Shown: positions 20,543-34,745 of the stretch, one piece after another
Layout of the letters: each line of letters begins with the position of its first letter
Position numbering within the stretch: the stretch's first letter is position 1
Source of the DNA: an uncultured Verrucomicrobiae bacterium
GTDB lineage: Bacteria; Verrucomicrobiota; Verrucomicrobiia; Chthoniobacterales; Terrimicrobiaceae
DNA length: 64,000 nucleotides
Direction: 5' to 3'
Assembly (NCBI GenBank): GCA_963706955.1
Contig: CAVPOC010000002.1
Coordinates: 160,001 to 224,000 of the forward strand
Notes under the pieces: generated by a model
The model's database searches: none
What the model saw: only the letters and a program-made list of their open reading frames with translations
What the model was told of the DNA's origin: nothing
Translations under genes and position numbers: made by a program

Positions 20543-23089
20543 ATGAAGCCAAACAAACTCAATGGAGGCGAGCCGCTGCCGATCTATGATCTGGACGAGG
20601 AAATCGTTCGGGCGGTGCAAGGCCATGGGCGATTGATTTTGCGAGCACCGACAGGTTCCGGCAAGTCGACCCAGGTGCCACAAATCCTTTTGGATGGCGG
20701 CGCGCTCGGCATCGGGCGCTGCATAATTCTGCAACCGCGACGGCTGGCTACCCGAATGCTGGCCAAGCGCGTCGCCGAAGAGCGCGGCTGCGCGCTCGGG
20801 ACAGAGGTAGGCTATCAGATACGGCTCGATAATGTTTCCTCACCGGAAACACGGATTCTTTTCGTGACAGAAGGCATCCTGCTTCGGCAGATGCTGGTCA
20901 ATCCGCAACTGGATGGAGTCTCTGCGCTCATTTTCGACGAGTTTCACGAGCGTCACCTCTTCAGCGATATCAGCCTGGCCCGCGCTCTCGAGCTCCAGGA
21001 TACGACGCGCCCGGATGTCAAGATTGTCGTCATGTCGGCAACGCTGGAGAGCGCTCAGCTGGAGCGCTATATGGCTCCCGGTGAACTCCTATCCTCTGAG
21101 GGTCGAACTTACCCGGTGGAGATTGAGCACCTGCGCCACGATCCGCGAGACGATCCGCCTTGGGAACTCGCCGCCGACGCCATCGCCGAGAACTTCGATC
21201 AGACTGACGGCGACGTCCTCGTCTTTATGCCGGGCGCTTATGAAATCCAACGGACTATCAGGGAAATCAATCATCGTGTGCCCAGCGGCTGCGTTCTGTT
21301 GCCCCTGCATGGCGAGCTTCCTGCCTCCGAGCAAGACAAGGCGGTCGCGCGAAGCACCACCCGCAAGATCATCGTTTCGACGAATGTGGCAGAAACTTCC
21401 CTGACGATCGACGGGGTCACCATGGTCGTCGATTCGGGCCTGGCGCGCGTCGCCCGCTATGATCCCCATCGGGGCATCAACACCTTGCTCATTGAAAAGA
21501 TCAGCCGCGCATCGGCGGAACAACGTGCCGGCAGGGCGGGACGCACCGCGCCAGGGCTTTGCCTGCGACTGTGGACCCAGCGGGATCACGCCCTGCGAGC
21601 CGCATCAGAATTACCGGAGATACGACGCCTGGATCTGGCTGAAACTGTCCTCTCGCTCAGGGCAGCGGGAGTTCGCGATCTCGCCACCTTCCGGTGGATT
21701 GATCCTCCGGAGGAGAAATCGCTACGTCGGGCTGAACAACCTGCTGTGCGACCTCGGCGCTTTGGACAGCCATTCCGGTGCAAATCACCGCGCTCGGTCG
21801 CCGCATGCTGAGCTTCCCTGTTCATCCGCGCTATGCACGGATGTTTCTCGCGGCTGAGCATTTCAATTGCGTGCGCGCCGCCGCGCTCATCGCCTCCCTG
21901 ACACAATCACGCAATCTCTTGCTGAGAGCTGAGCGACGTGTCGAGGAGGAGCGTGCAGAAATCTTTGGTCAGGGGATCTCCGACTTTCTCATCCTCATCC
22001 GCGCATTCTCTTATGCACACCGTCACAAGTTTCGCATCGATGCGCTCCGACCGCTGGCCATCCATGCCGACGCTGCCAGGCAGGTGGACAAGCTTTTCCA
22101 GCAGTTTCTTGAGATCGCACGCGATGAAGGCCTCAAAACGGAAACCGAGGCGGCCAGTGACGAGGCCATCGCACGGTGTGTGCTCGCAGCATTCGCCGAC
22201 CAGGTTGCCCGCCGTCGCAGCGGAGGCACGCTGATCTGCGACGTCGTTCACGGCCGTCGAGGACAGTTGGCTCGCGCCAGCGTCGCGCAGAACAGTCGTC
22301 TAATCGTCGCAGCCGAGATCACGGAAATCGAAGGCCGCAGCGGGGAAGCCCAAGTGCTCTTCTCGTTGGCCACGGAAATTGAAGAGCACTGGCTGCGGGA
22401 AATGTTCCCAAACGATTTTGAAGAGCGCGTCGCCTACCATTTTGACAAGTCGCAGAATCGGGTGGTCGTGCGGCGGGAACGGGTCTTTCGCGACTTGGTT
22501 ATCGATTCGCAAGACCGCGATGCCGAATCTTCAGCTGAGGCATCGGCTTGTCTGGCAGCCGCCGTGGCCGCCGGAGACCTCACGCTCACCCAGTGGAACG
22601 ATGCAGTGGAACAATGGATTGCGCGTGTCAATTTTCTGGCTGCAGCTCTTCCCGAGGAGGGAATCCCACCGATTGGCTCAGCCGAGCGCGAATACCTGAT
22701 CCAGCTCGCCTGCGAGGGAGCCACCAACTATCGCGACATCAAAGATCGCCCAATTCTAAGCGTCGCGCGGTCCCTGCTTTCGCCCGCTCACCAGCAGCTC
22801 GTTGATCAGCACGCGCCCGAACGTCATTGAGCTGCCGGGAGGCCGCCGCGCGAAGATCACCTACCCGGCAGATGGTCAACCGTTTGTAGGTGCCCGTATC
22901 CAGGACCTCTATGGCGTCACCGGCGACCTCAAGATCGCAGCAGGACGGGTGAAATTGCCCATCCATGTCCTTGCTCCAAATTTTCGGCCCGTTCAAGTTA
23001 CGGAAAACTTGCGTTCATTTTGGCTCGAAGTTTACCCAAAGCTAAAGCAGCAGCTGCAGCGGCAGTATCCCAAGCACGAATGGCGGTGA
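20543..23089 (+). CDS. hrpB: ATP-dependent helicase HrpB, broken by three +1 frameshifts (~21740, ~21780, ~22825)
   Basis: APTGSGKST, QPRRLA, DEFHER, MSAT, TNVAETSLTI, QRAGRAGR; joins give L.DLGALD, HPRYARM and the HrpB C-terminus LAPNFRPVQVT...YPKHEWR. Confidence 0.9.
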
Positions 23090-23131
23090 GCCGCGCTGGA
23101 GCGCTCCGCCAAAGAGCCCAGGGCATCCGAT

Positions 23132-23154
23132 CGACGGCGGGCCGCCTCCGCTAC
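23132..23154 (-). repeat. Single GTAG-type REP-like unit
   Basis: Reverse complement GTAGCGGAGGCGGCCCGCCGTCG; between convergent genes. Confidence 0.3.
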
Positions 23155-23166
23155 ACCAAACGCGCT

Positions 23167-23650
23167 CTAGTCGATTCTGCAAACGATGGTCTGCTCGAAA
23201 GCTCCATCAAGGAGCGCGATAAGAGGCTTTGAATGGATCCGTTCCCGCAGATCGTAGAAGGATTCGCGCAGGTTCCATGGACAGGCCAGTAGCGCTGCCG
23301 AATACCAGTCATGGAAACTTCTCAGAAGCTTCGGTGAGACGAAGACTTGCCAAGGTCGCTTTCAACTGGGAATGCCGCCTCTCGACGTAGTCGAGAAGTA
23401 GCTCCACGGCTTTGCGACGCGCATTTCTCTCCACCAGCGGCAGAATACCTTTGAGGTCATACGCCCCGGCAAAGGAATACATGAAAGAACGAACTTCGAA
23501 CCCCGGTTGGTCCTTGCAGATCGTGAAGAGAAGGATATCCGTTTGGACCTGTTTTTCTGCCTCGAGCGGGTTTAAGGCAATCACCAGCCGGGGTTCGAAA
23601 TGGAGAATGTCCCTGTCGGGCGCGAGCACAGAAATAAGCTGATCATTCAT
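23167..23650 (-). CDS. Hypothetical protein, probably split by a +1 frameshift at ~23340
   Basis: MNDQLISVLAPDRD...ATLASL continues in the next frame as SPKLLRSFHDWYSAALLACPWNLRESFYDLRERIH...CRID*. Confidence 0.45.
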
Positions 23651-23860
23651 ATCCGGCGGCAGTGAACTCCTCGAACCAAGCCGATGCCAGCAAATAAATA
23701 TCTGAACGCTGATCAGCTGTCCGGTTATCGTGAAACGCTCGTGGTCACGCGAGCCAGTCGCGCGGGATTTGCGCTGCCCCGCGCATCTGTTCATTGCTGC
23801 CTGTCTACAATCGTAAGCGGCGCGCACGCGGGGGTTCACGGCTCTCGGAAAATCGTGTAA

Positions 23861-26316
<2,456 letters not shown>

Positions 26317-26486
26317 GGCAGTCTTTGGATCGTCGTTTGCCCGGAGGCGCGTGCGCTATCTAGCTGAGATTCAGCAGCCCGGCAAGAGATAGGATGCTCG
26401 GCGGGAAGAATTCCATCGGCAGAAATTCACTCATCAACATGTCAAAAACCTGATTGGTTTAGAAGCAAACCCGCAGGTAGGAGAAG

Positions 26487-26954
26487 ATGCACAAGGGACG
26501 AATCGCCAACACTATTCACCAAGCGGTGATCCGGACGGCCAGGGTCTCGGACGCGTCGCAGATCGGCCCCCTGCTCCATGAACTGGGATATCCGGTGTCG
26601 GCTGACTTTGTGCACCAGCAGTTGAGCGCACTTCTAAATGATCCAAACGAAGACCTTCTCGTTGCCGAGGCGGACGATTCGAGGGTGATCGCGTTCCTTG
26701 CGATACACTACGTCCCACAGATAGCCGTAGAGGGAGGGTTCGCTCGGATAAGTTATCTTTGCGTAAACAAGGAGATGCAATCGAGGGGGCTCGGGACATT
26801 GCTGGAGCGCGAGGCCTGCCGTCTCGCCGCAGAACGAGGGTGCGACCGTATCGAATTACATTGCCACGCTCGGAGAACCGACGCCCACGGTTTTTACGCG
26901 CGTCAGGGCTACGCCGAATCCCCCAAGTATTTCATCAAGAGACTTCGCGACTAA
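26487..26954 (+). CDS. GNAT N-acetyltransferase (PhnO/YiiD-like)
   Basis: LCVNKEMQSRGLGTLL, RRTDAHGFYARQGY; AGGAG SD upstream. Confidence 0.88.
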   Translation: MHKGRIANTIHQAVIRTARVSDASQIGPLLHELGYPVSADFVHQQLSALLNDPNEDLLVAEADDSRVIAFLAIHYVPQIAVEGGFARISYLCVNKEMQSRGLGTLLEREACRLAAERGCDRIELHCHARRTDAHGFYARQGYAESPKYFIKRLRD

Positions 26955-27062
26955 ACTCGTGATTGTCGCGACCGTCTTCCGGCGGTCGACAGCTCTTTTG
27001 CCGGTGTGGACACCGGCGCTACAGTGACCACGAAGCCTTTTCGAATGATTCGCGGAAGTTGC

Positions 27063-27611
27063 CTACGCCAACGGATAAATAGGTTGGCCACGCTCGTCGA
27101 CCGATGCCCATCGGTCCAGCAACGCCCTACATTCCGCCATGACGCGATCCAGTTCTTGCGCGTCGCAAAACGCCTGCGGTGGAAGCTCCATGGTCTCCAT
27201 GTTTGGAAACAACTCGACGAAGTTTCCGTCAGGGTCGTCGAAGCCAACGATGACAAGGCCGGGGCCGCGTGGTTCGTAACGAGCGGCAATCCCGCGCAAG
27301 GTCAGCCCTTCGAAGATCTCTTCCTTCGCCAAGTCGACGCGGAACGCGACATGATTCTGCATCGGCGGCACACCAACAGGAATTCTGCGCACCGAAGCTG
27401 TGGCTCCATCCCATTGGATATCCAGGGGCCAGAATTCCAAGATCCCGCGATATACAGACTCAGGACTGGCAATCTTGACCATGACAACCCCGAGCCCTGT
27501 CAGCACCGGGTGAATAAAGAACCCGGCCTCGAAGAGGTCGGCGTAAAACTTCCCTATCCGCACGGGATCCGGTGACCGCAAGGAACAATGAAGAAAGCCG
27601 GACGCTTTCAT
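27063..27611 (-). CDS. VOC/glyoxalase-like protein
   Basis: H.SL...[26 protein letters not shown] overlap with upstream gene. Confidence 0.7.
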   Translation of the reverse strand: MKASGFLHCSLRSPDPVRIGKFYADLFEAGFFIHPVLTGLGVVMVKIASPESVYRGILEFWPLDIQWDGATASVRRIPVGVPPMQNHVAFRVDLAKEEIFEGLTLRGIAARYEPRGPGLVIVGFDDPDGNFVELFPNMETMELPPQAFCDAQELDRVMAECRALLDRWASVDERGQPIYPLA

Positions 27612-29686
27612 GGCAAGACTTGCGGCGCCTGACAGGAAAAGTCTTCGCAAAGATAAAGCGCGGCTCGCCCTTTGAGCGGCTTCATGCTTGCCAGTTCAGG
27701 GACTCGTTCCAGAAGAAAAGAATTGCCATCTGTCAGGAGCAGCACTCGGCGCGGCGAAAATTCTCGATGTAATTTGGCGTTCCATTCTCGGACATCTGCA
27801 GACTCCGGTGCTCCCGCGACCACCGCCTGCGCCGGCGGAGACAATGCCAGATCGAGAGCAGTCAGCATTTGCGGCACCGCGGTGGGCATCCGTGTGAGAG
27901 CTTCGCGACTCGAACCCAAGATGGCGCTGGCGCGGGCTTCAAACGATTCGTCATGAAGCATGCGGCCGAAACGGAGGAGGTTCAGAGCGCTAATGGAATT
28001 GGCGGAGGGTTCGGCGCCATCATAATCCTCCTTCATCCGCACGCTGATCAAGGGATCTCCAGCAGCGCTGCCAAAATAGCTTCCACTCGCTTCATCCCGG
28101 AACAGCCGATCTTGTCGCTCCTGAAGTTCCAGCGCCCATTCCAACCAATTTGCTTCCCACCCGGCTTCGTAAAGATCGAGCAGGCCTTGAATGAGGAACG
28201 CATAGTCTTCGGCAAAAGCGGGGATCGCGCTTGCCTCACCACGCCAGCTACGCAGAAGTCCCTTCTCTGAAGAAAGCTGCTTCCGCAAAAATCCAGCGCT
28301 CTTGGCAGCAGCTCCGAGATAACGAGGCTCGTTCAAGGCCGCACCGCATTTGGCAAAAGCCGAAATCGCCAAACCGTTCCATGCCGTGAGGACCTTATCA
28401 TCCAGATGCGGGCGTGGACGCTGCGCGCGCCGATCGAAAAGTTTTCTCCGCCCAGCCGCGAGCGTCTCGGAGACCGTTTCGACCGGGAGATTCAAAATCC
28501 GCGCCGTGGTGGCGACCTCCTGTCTCTCAATAAGGATATTTTTCCCCCTGAACTCGCCGTGCGGATCGCTCCCCGCCGGCGCATTTCCGTTTTCTTCCAC
28601 GGCGTAGTGGCGGCAGAAAATCCGTGCATCTTCTGCACCGAGCACTTCAAAGATTTCCTGTCGGCTCCAGACGTAATACGCCCCCTCGGCATGGTCCGGT
28701 CGGCCATGGGCAAGCAAACTGTCAGCGTCTTCTGCCGAAAAAAACCCGCCCTCGGCGTGCGTCATGTCCCTCAACACATAGTCGAGCACCTCCCGGGCAA
28801 CGCTGGCGAAAAATTCGTCGCCAGTGAGTTGCCATGCCTCGAGAAACGAGACCGCGAGCTGCGCTTGATCATAGAGCATCTTCTCGAAATGCGGCACATG
28901 CCAAAACTCATCGACCGAATAACGGTGAAATCCTCCACCAAGATGATCGCGCATGCCGCCAGCAGCCATTCTGCGCAGCGTGAGCAGCGCCATCTTGGCA
29001 GCGCGCTCTGATTTGTCTCCGGTTACCCGTGTCGCAAATCGAAACAGAAAATTGAAGACCGAAGGACGGGGGAATTTCGGGGCACCGCCAAAACCTCCGT
29101 AATCTTCGTCGAAACTTCGCGAAAAATCCTCGAATCCCCGCACGAGCGGGCTGTCGTCCTCGCGAAACTCCGCGCCGTCCGCGCCTTTGCCAGCTTCCGC
29201 AAGCGCGGCGATTACTCGAGACGCCTCAGTTTCGATCCTCTCACGATCCTGCTGCCAAAGCCGGGCAATTTGGGTGAGAATGCTGGGAAATCCAGCGCGT
29301 CCGTAGCGGTTGTCTGGCGGAAAATAGGTGCCACCATAGAAGGGGCGCCCATCCTGGGTGAGCCAAACGCTCATCGGCCATCCGCCTGAGCCTGTGGTTG
29401 CCTGCACAAAGGCCATGTAGAGTCGGTCAACATCGGGTCGTTCCTCACGATCCACCTTGATGTTGACGAAATTGTCGTTCATCAGCTTGGCGATACCCGG
29501 ATTTTCGAACGACTCATGCGCCATCACATGGCACCAATGGCAGGTGGAATACCCCACCGAGAGGAACACTGGTTTGTTGAGTCTTTTCGCTTCCGAGAAA
29601 GCCTCCTCAGACCAAGGCCACCACTCCACCGGATTAGCCCTGTGTTGAAGAAGGTAGGGTGATTTTTCCTCGGCCAGACGGTTCAT
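27608..29686 (-). CDS. YyaL/SSP411 (DUF255) thioredoxin plus six-hairpin glycosidase-like protein
   Basis: [51 protein letters not shown]. Confidence 0.93.
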   Translation of the reverse strand: MNRLAEEKSPYLLQHRANPVEWWPWSEEAFSEAKRLNKPVFLSVGYSTCHWCHVMAHESFENPGIAKLMNDNFVNIKVDREERPDVDRLYMAFVQATTGSGGWPMSVWLTQDGRPFYGGTYFPPDNRYGRAGFPSILTQIARLWQQDRERIETEASRVIAALAEAGKGADGAEFREDDSPLVRGFEDFSRSFDEDYGGFGGAPKFPRPSVFNFLFRFATRVTGDKSERAAKMALLTLRRMAAGGMRDHLGGGFHRYSVDEFWHVPHFEKMLYDQAQLAVSFLEAWQLTGDEFFASVAREVLDYVLRDMTHAEGGFFSAEDADSLLAHGRPDHAEGAYYVWSRQEIFEVLGAEDARIFCRHYAVEENGNAPAGSDPHGEFRGKNILIERQEVATTARILNLPVETVSETLAAGRRKLFDRRAQRPRPHLDDKVLTAWNGLAISAFAKCGAALNEPRYLGAAAKSAGFLRKQLSSEKGLLRSWRGEASAIPAFAEDYAFLIQGLLDLYEAGWEANWLEWALELQERQDRLFRDEASGSYFGSAAGDPLISVRMKEDYDGAEPSANSISALNLLRFGRMLHDESFEARASAILGSSREALTRMPTAVPQMLTALDLALSPPAQAVVAGAPESADVREWNAKLHREFSPRRVLLLTDGNSFLLERVPELASMKPLKGRAALYLCEDFSCQAPQVLP

Positions 29687-29742
29687 CGAGAGAGCCTACT
29701 TCAAGACCGAAGGCCTGGTAGCGGTAATCCAAAAAAACTCGT

Positions 29743-31023
29743 CTAGCCCTTCAGCGTTCTCGCTGTCAGGCGCTCATCTTCGGCGACGAGCTGCTGCCAG
29801 AGTTTCTTATATTTCGGTTCAAAGCGCTGGTCCTGAAAGTCAGCCATGCGTTCACGCAGTTCGACGATTCCCGCGATGCCGGGCTGAAGTTCCTGCCAGC
29901 ACTCCCGAAGGATCCGCAGCGCTCCCGCTTCCCTATCCCAGAGGAGCGCATAGGAATCGATGAATTCCGCCGCATAGTTGGGTTCGGCCCGTTCATTTGG
30001 GTGCCAGAGGCCACGAGTGGGCTCCGCGGATTCAAGCAACATGGGGGCAATGTAAATGTTGCCGAGGATGGCTTCGCGGTACTTTTGACGTGCGCCGGTC
30101 TCATCGCCCTGGAGTGTCAAACAAAGGGCCCAGCCGAAAAGGAACGACGGCTCGGCAAAATCCTGCGGATAATCGCGCGCGTAGCGTTCGAAATGCAGTC
30201 CGGCGGCTTCAGTATTCTCATCGAGCAGATGGAGCAAGGGGATAAAGAAGCGAACCCCCTGGTTGTCTCGAGGGTTCAAGGAGAGGAGATCCTCAAATTG
30301 CGCGGCAGATTCACCATGCTGGTTCTGGTGCCAAAGCGTCATCCCTCGGCCATACATGGCACGCAGCAGAAGTCGGGTCTCGCGGTTTGTCCACCATTCA
30401 GGATCTCGGTCGCGCCACCGCGGAGTTTCCCGGGCAATTACCTCATCGTAAGCAGCCAGGCAAACCTTCCAGTTACCGTGCTGGAATTCTACGTCGGCCA
30501 ACTCGATGCGGGCCGACGAGCAATCCGCGTCCCGCGCCAGAGCCGAACGCAGCAGAGCGATCTTCTTGCGCGGCGATCGAATACGCAAGGCGGTGTTGAC
30601 AAGCCCGCGAGCGACCTCTTTCGACTGGGGAGCAGAGTCTTCATCTCGGGCGAAGCGCAGAACGACCGTCCGGGCCAAGGCACGCAACTCGTCGGCGCCG
30701 CCACGATTGAAGCGCTGAAAGCGGATCTCAACGCGATGCTCCTGGGAAAATTGCTTCCAGGCATCGTTATCCCACTCGTCGCTCGCACAGATGGCCAGTC
30801 GGTCCGGCACGCCCAAGCGGTCGAAAAGTTTGACGAGAAGGGTTTCGACGCGCACCTGGTCCAGTTCTTCGAGAATGTCGGGCGCGGCCAGCGGCGCCCC
30901 CGCTGGATCGCAGACAATCAGAAGAGTTGGAAGAAAGTAGTCGCTCCCTGCAGGCACCGGTTCCTCGAGATCCAACCAATAGACGAACCACGTCGTCTTC
31001 GACGATTTCAGCGGTTGAATCAT
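29743..31023 (-). CDS. Hypothetical protein with TPR-like repeats
   Basis: LLSLNPRDNQGVRF TPR-associated motif; helical composition; TGATG overlap with upstream gene. Confidence 0.65.
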   Translation of the reverse strand: MIQPLKSSKTTWFVYWLDLEEPVPAGSDYFLPTLLIVCDPAGAPLAAPDILEELDQVRVETLLVKLFDRLGVPDRLAICASDEWDNDAWKQFSQEHRVEIRFQRFNRGGADELRALARTVVLRFARDEDSAPQSKEVARGLVNTALRIRSPRKKIALLRSALARDADCSSARIELADVEFQHGNWKVCLAAYDEVIARETPRWRDRDPEWWTNRETRLLLRAMYGRGMTLWHQNQHGESAAQFEDLLSLNPRDNQGVRFFIPLLHLLDENTEAAGLHFERYARDYPQDFAEPSFLFGWALCLTLQGDETGARQKYREAILGNIYIAPMLLESAEPTRGLWHPNERAEPNYAAEFIDSYALLWDREAGALRILRECWQELQPGIAGIVELRERMADFQDQRFEPKYKKLWQQLVAEDERLTARTLKG

Positions 31024-31568
31024 CAGTTTCCGCGCTGCCAGTCGACCTCGAGGCGTTGCCGCCGACCGAACCGATCGGCGTAGAACAACTCCCGATGCCG
31101 GGCGCCGTGCTCATGGACAAGACGGGTAACCTTGACGTCGAAGCAGCAGTATTCGGCGATTTCCATTACCTTTCCTTCCCTCCACCAACGAATGGCGTCA
31201 AGTCCCTCACCGATTTTGCCGACGCCAAGGGTCCCCTGTGCCAGGTCGTCCAGCTTCAGACGATGACCGGAGGCCTTCTCCACATGCTCGAGGAGATCGA
31301 GAGTCTGCAAATAATGGGGAAGATCGAGAATGGTGTAGGCCATGAGCACCTGGTAGTCGAAATGCAGGATGTTGTAGCCGACCACGAGATCGGCTTTGCG
31401 CAAGCGGTTTACCAGGTCGCCGGCTCGGCTTTCAGGATAGATTGCGTAAGTGTCGTCAGCCGTGCTGTAGGTGACCCCCACCGACATCCCCATTTGATAC
31501 TTCTTGTCCCAGCCGCCCACGTCGTTCGCCGTGCGTTGGGTCTCCAAGTCAAAGTAAACAATGTCCAT
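31023..31568 (-). CDS. RNase H-like (DEDD/YprB-type) 3'-5' exonuclease domain protein
   Basis: YFDLET (ExoI), VGYNILHFD (ExoII), YCCFDV (ExoIII). Confidence 0.85.
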   Translation of the reverse strand: MDIVYFDLETQRTANDVGGWDKKYQMGMSVGVTYSTADDTYAIYPESRAGDLVNRLRKADLVVGYNILHFDYQVLMAYTILDLPHYLQTLDLLEHVEKASGHRLKLDDLAQGTLGVGKIGEGLDAIRWWREGKVMEIAEYCCFDVKVTRLVHEHGARHRELFYADRFGRRQRLEVDWQRGN

Positions 31569-31638
31569 CGACAGCGGGGAGAATGTGAAAAAATTGTCGG
31601 GGTTTCAACTCCGAGTGAGTCACCAGGCGAAAGAAATC

Positions 31639-33720
31639 TCATTTTTCGAGAAAATCCCAAATTCCCTCCCAGCCTGGGCTGAGCGGTTGAGCAACAAAGG
31701 CTTCACAGCGCACCCGATACAGCGCCGCGAGTTTCGGAGCAAGGCCGCCCTGCGCGAGTTGGTCAAAGGCAGCCTGCGCGAGAGCGAATTCGCCCGCGCG
31801 ATACTGGGCGCGGGCGGCGGCGAACGCTTCCGCCCACTCGAGATGCTCCTCCTTGTGGGGAAAAAACAGTCGCTCCGGTTTCTTGCGACCCTTCACACGC
31901 ACCACATCCACCTCAAGGAAGGGACAGATCTCGCGGGCTTTTCGGGCAATGCGTTCATCCACCAGGATGTCACACCCATAAATGCGGGTCAGGCCCTCAA
32001 TCCGTGAAGCGAGGTTGACGGTATCCCCGATGACAGTCATGTCCATTCGCTGATGCGAACCGATGTTCCCAAAGATAGCGGGTCCGTAGCTGATGCCAAT
32101 GCCAGAACCCCACGGGGGGATCCCCAGTGTGTTGCGCCGTTCATTGATGGCCGCGAGCCGCTCCTTCATGTTGAGGGCCGCGAGCACCGCATTTTGCGCA
32201 TCCTCTTCGCGATTGGCAGGTCGCAGGCCCCCCCAGGTGGCCATCAGGGCGTCACCAATAAATTTGTCGAGTGTCCCCGAATGCGTGAAGACCACCTCGA
32301 CCATCTCGCGAAAATACTCGTTGAGCAGAGTCACCATTTCGGCCGGATCAAGCCGCTCGGAGTCTGATGTAAAGCCCTTGAGATCCGAAAAGAGGACGAC
32401 CATCTCCTTTCGTTGGCCGCCCAGGCTTTGCAGGTAGGAATCGGGATTCTCCGCAATTTCACGCACGACGTCCCTGGAGACGTAGCGCTCGAGCGTCGCC
32501 CGCATGCGCCCGCGCTCCCTTCGCTCAATCGAGACGTCGCAGACCACACCTGCAAAGCCGCAGACAAGCCACGTCAGCAGCGGAGCCGCCGTCGGCAAGA
32601 AGTACGAAAAGAGCCAAAGCACGGCTGTGCAAAGCAGCAGCCAGAAGAGCGCGCCGCCCACAACTCCTGCGGCGAGCGATTTCGCGCTGCCGCGGAAGAA
32701 GAAAGTCAAGCCAAGGGACGCCAGCGTCGCGAAAACGATCGCCACGATGGTGGCCGCGAGACCGGCCTGCTTGAGCCAGCTGCCGCGGAGCATCGCCGCG
32801 AGCGCATGCAGGTTGATTTCCGGACCGGAAAGCTTGCCCCAAGGAGTGAGATAAAAGTCATGCAGCCGCTCAGCCGTTGCTCCGACAAGAACGATGCGAT
32901 CCTTGAAAAACGCTCCGTCACCGTAATTTGACTTCCAAAACTCCGGCACAAAGATCTCAAAAAGAGAAACGAGACGAGCTGTTCCCGGCAATGAATAGCG
33001 AAAGCGCAGCGGCTCGTGTTCGGGGCTCTCTGGAACAGTGGCTCCCAAGAGACGCGCAGAGACCGTGGCCAGTGAAGGCACCACCTCTTCGTGGTGAAGC
33101 GTGGGAACGCCGATGATGTTTGAGGCGCTGGCAGCGGTGTAGAGCGATCGCACCTTATTATCCCTCCACATCGGCAGGTTAACGATACCCCAGTTTTCCT
33201 TCGCCGCTTCACGGAATGCCTCGTTGGGAACCACCAGCTGCGGTGCGTTGGCGCCACGATCCCGGGAGTCCGGATTTTCGAAGGAAGCTGCCAAAACGAC
33301 CTTTTCCGCATGCGGCTGTAGGGCGCTGGCCAAGAGCTGGTCACCTTCTCTCGAGGTCGGAAAAAGAAGGTCGAAGATCACCATCCGCGCGCCCGCAGCC
33401 ATTAATTTTTCGGTCAAGGCCGCATACACTTCTCGCGACCAGGGAAAGCCTGCCTGCATCAGCTGGAGAGGGCGCGATTCGGCAATCTCCTCCGGGCTAA
33501 CCTCCCCGAGGCTTAGCGATCGCTCATCGATAGTCACGAGCGCGAATTCCTTCGGCAACTCCGCCCGGGTGGTGATCCGAAGCAGCCAATCTTGGAGGTA
33601 AAGGTTCAGGCTGCCAACGAAGGGTGTGAACAAGGTTGCCAGCAAGACGGCGACCATGCCGAGCGCCGTCGCCAGCAATTGCCAGCGAAGTCTTAGCGAG
33701 GACACGCGGGTCATTTGCAT
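31639..33720 (-). CDS. CHASE2-domain membrane class III adenylate cyclase
   Basis: N-terminal TM, CHASE2 (FPWSR, FDLLF, IVLVG, GPEI), three TMs, cyclase LFSDLKGFT, DKFIGDA, TVIGDTVNLASRIE; exact start uncertain (33714-33756). Confidence 0.92.
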   Translation of the reverse strand: MQMTRVSSLRLRWQLLATALGMVAVLLATLFTPFVGSLNLYLQDWLLRITTRAELPKEFALVTIDERSLSLGEVSPEEIAESRPLQLMQAGFPWSREVYAALTEKLMAAGARMVIFDLLFPTSREGDQLLASALQPHAEKVVLAASFENPDSRDRGANAPQLVVPNEAFREAAKENWGIVNLPMWRDNKVRSLYTAASASNIIGVPTLHHEEVVPSLATVSARLLGATVPESPEHEPLRFRYSLPGTARLVSLFEIFVPEFWKSNYGDGAFFKDRIVLVGATAERLHDFYLTPWGKLSGPEINLHALAAMLRGSWLKQAGLAATIVAIVFATLASLGLTFFFRGSAKSLAAGVVGGALFWLLLCTAVLWLFSYFLPTAAPLLTWLVCGFAGVVCDVSIERRERGRMRATLERYVSRDVVREIAENPDSYLQSLGGQRKEMVVLFSDLKGFTSDSERLDPAEMVTLLNEYFREMVEVVFTHSGTLDKFIGDALMATWGGLRPANREEDAQNAVLAALNMKERLAAINERRNTLGIPPWGSGIGISYGPAIFGNIGSHQRMDMTVIGDTVNLASRIEGLTRIYGCDILVDERIARKAREICPFLEVDVVRVKGRKKPERLFFPHKEEHLEWAEAFAAARAQYRAGEFALAQAAFDQLAQGGLAPKLAALYRVRCEAFVAQPLSPGWEGIWDFLEK

Positions 33721-33803
33721 CTCAAACAGAGGAATCCTCCTGAGACACGAATGCAAGCCGCACTACAACTACAGCTTGACTTTTTCAAAAATTTCAGCCG
33801 CCT

Positions 33804-34742
33804 ATGCAGCTCGTGCTGCTCAGAACAATTCTTCTACTCGCCGCCCTCATATCCTGTATCCGAGTTTCCAAAGCCCAGCAGACGGGACGAGAAGCGCGCG
33901 CGGAAACGGCGACCAGGACCACGTCGATGCTTCAACGCACCCAAGCCGCAACGCGAGCTCCCGAGCAATATGTGCAAGCTGAGGCGGATTTCGGGGAGCT
34001 GGTCCCTGTCCCAACAACGGCGTTTGGTCTCAACCCGTACCTGGTCGGGACCGCCGGTCTGAACTACACGTCAAACCCGAGCCTCTCCAACAATGGGGGA
34101 CGCGGCGACCTCTACTTCGTGGGAGGGGGAGGCGCCGGCATCCGTCCGAACCTGATCGGCGGACTTTACCTCGACGGCCACGTTTCTGACCTCGTTTATC
34201 AGTACGCCCGCTTCTCCTCACTGAACTTCAATTATTTCAACGCGGGTGGCGGGTTTGACTACGTCTTCACCAATTTGGGCGACCTCATCGCCTCAATCCG
34301 TTACGAGTATGAGCGCTACATTGATGGCGATTCTCTCGACGAATTTTACGTCAACAATGCATTGACGTTCGCCCTATTTAAGGAGTTCCCTCTCAACGAG
34401 AAATTCAGCTTCCAGGCCGGCACGCAGGCCGCCATTTCGCTCACGGCGGAGCCGGCTTCCGCGCGGTTCAATGAATTTGACTTCTGGGTGGGATCGCGCT
34501 GGCGCATCCTCACGCCCCTCGAACTCCAAACTTTTTACGTTCTCTCGCTGTTTTACTACCCGCAGGGTGATACCCGAACCGACGTAACCAACACCGTCGG
34601 AGCCGCCTTGACTCTTGAATTCACAAGATGGGCTCGCCTAGTAGCGACCACCAGTTTCTCGGCCAACAACTCGACAAACTCGTTTTTTGAATATACTGTA
34701 GTAAATGTTGGGGGGATTTTGAACCTCGATTTTCGTTTTTAG
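33804..34742 (+). CDS. Putative outer-membrane beta-barrel protein
   Basis: Signal peptide, alternating aromatic beta strands, C-terminal LNLDFRF. Confidence 0.7.
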   Translation: MQLVLLRTILLLAALISCIRVSKAQQTGREARAETATRTTSMLQRTQAATRAPEQYVQAEADFGELVPVPTTAFGLNPYLVGTAGLNYTSNPSLSNNGGRGDLYFVGGGGAGIRPNLIGGLYLDGHVSDLVYQYARFSSLNFNYFNAGGGFDYVFTNLGDLIASIRYEYERYIDGDSLDEFYVNNALTFALFKEFPLNEKFSFQAGTQAAISLTAEPASARFNEFDFWVGSRWRILTPLELQTFYVLSLFYYPQGDTRTDVTNTVGAALTLEFTRWARLVATTSFSANNSTNSFFEYTVVNVGGILNLDFRF

Positions 34743-34745
34743 ACC

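Noticed and set aside
20543..23089. hrpB as a true pseudogene or programmed frameshift gene
   Set aside because: Three +1 events with intact motifs and no slippery sites, matching the window-wide insertion-error pattern.
30001..31682. Long + strand ORFs (30001-31083, 30927-31682) and similar antisense ORFs elsewhere (e.g. 38578-39648, 40454-41686)
   Set aside because: Shadow ORFs opposite or overlapping well-supported genes, as expected in GC-rich DNA.
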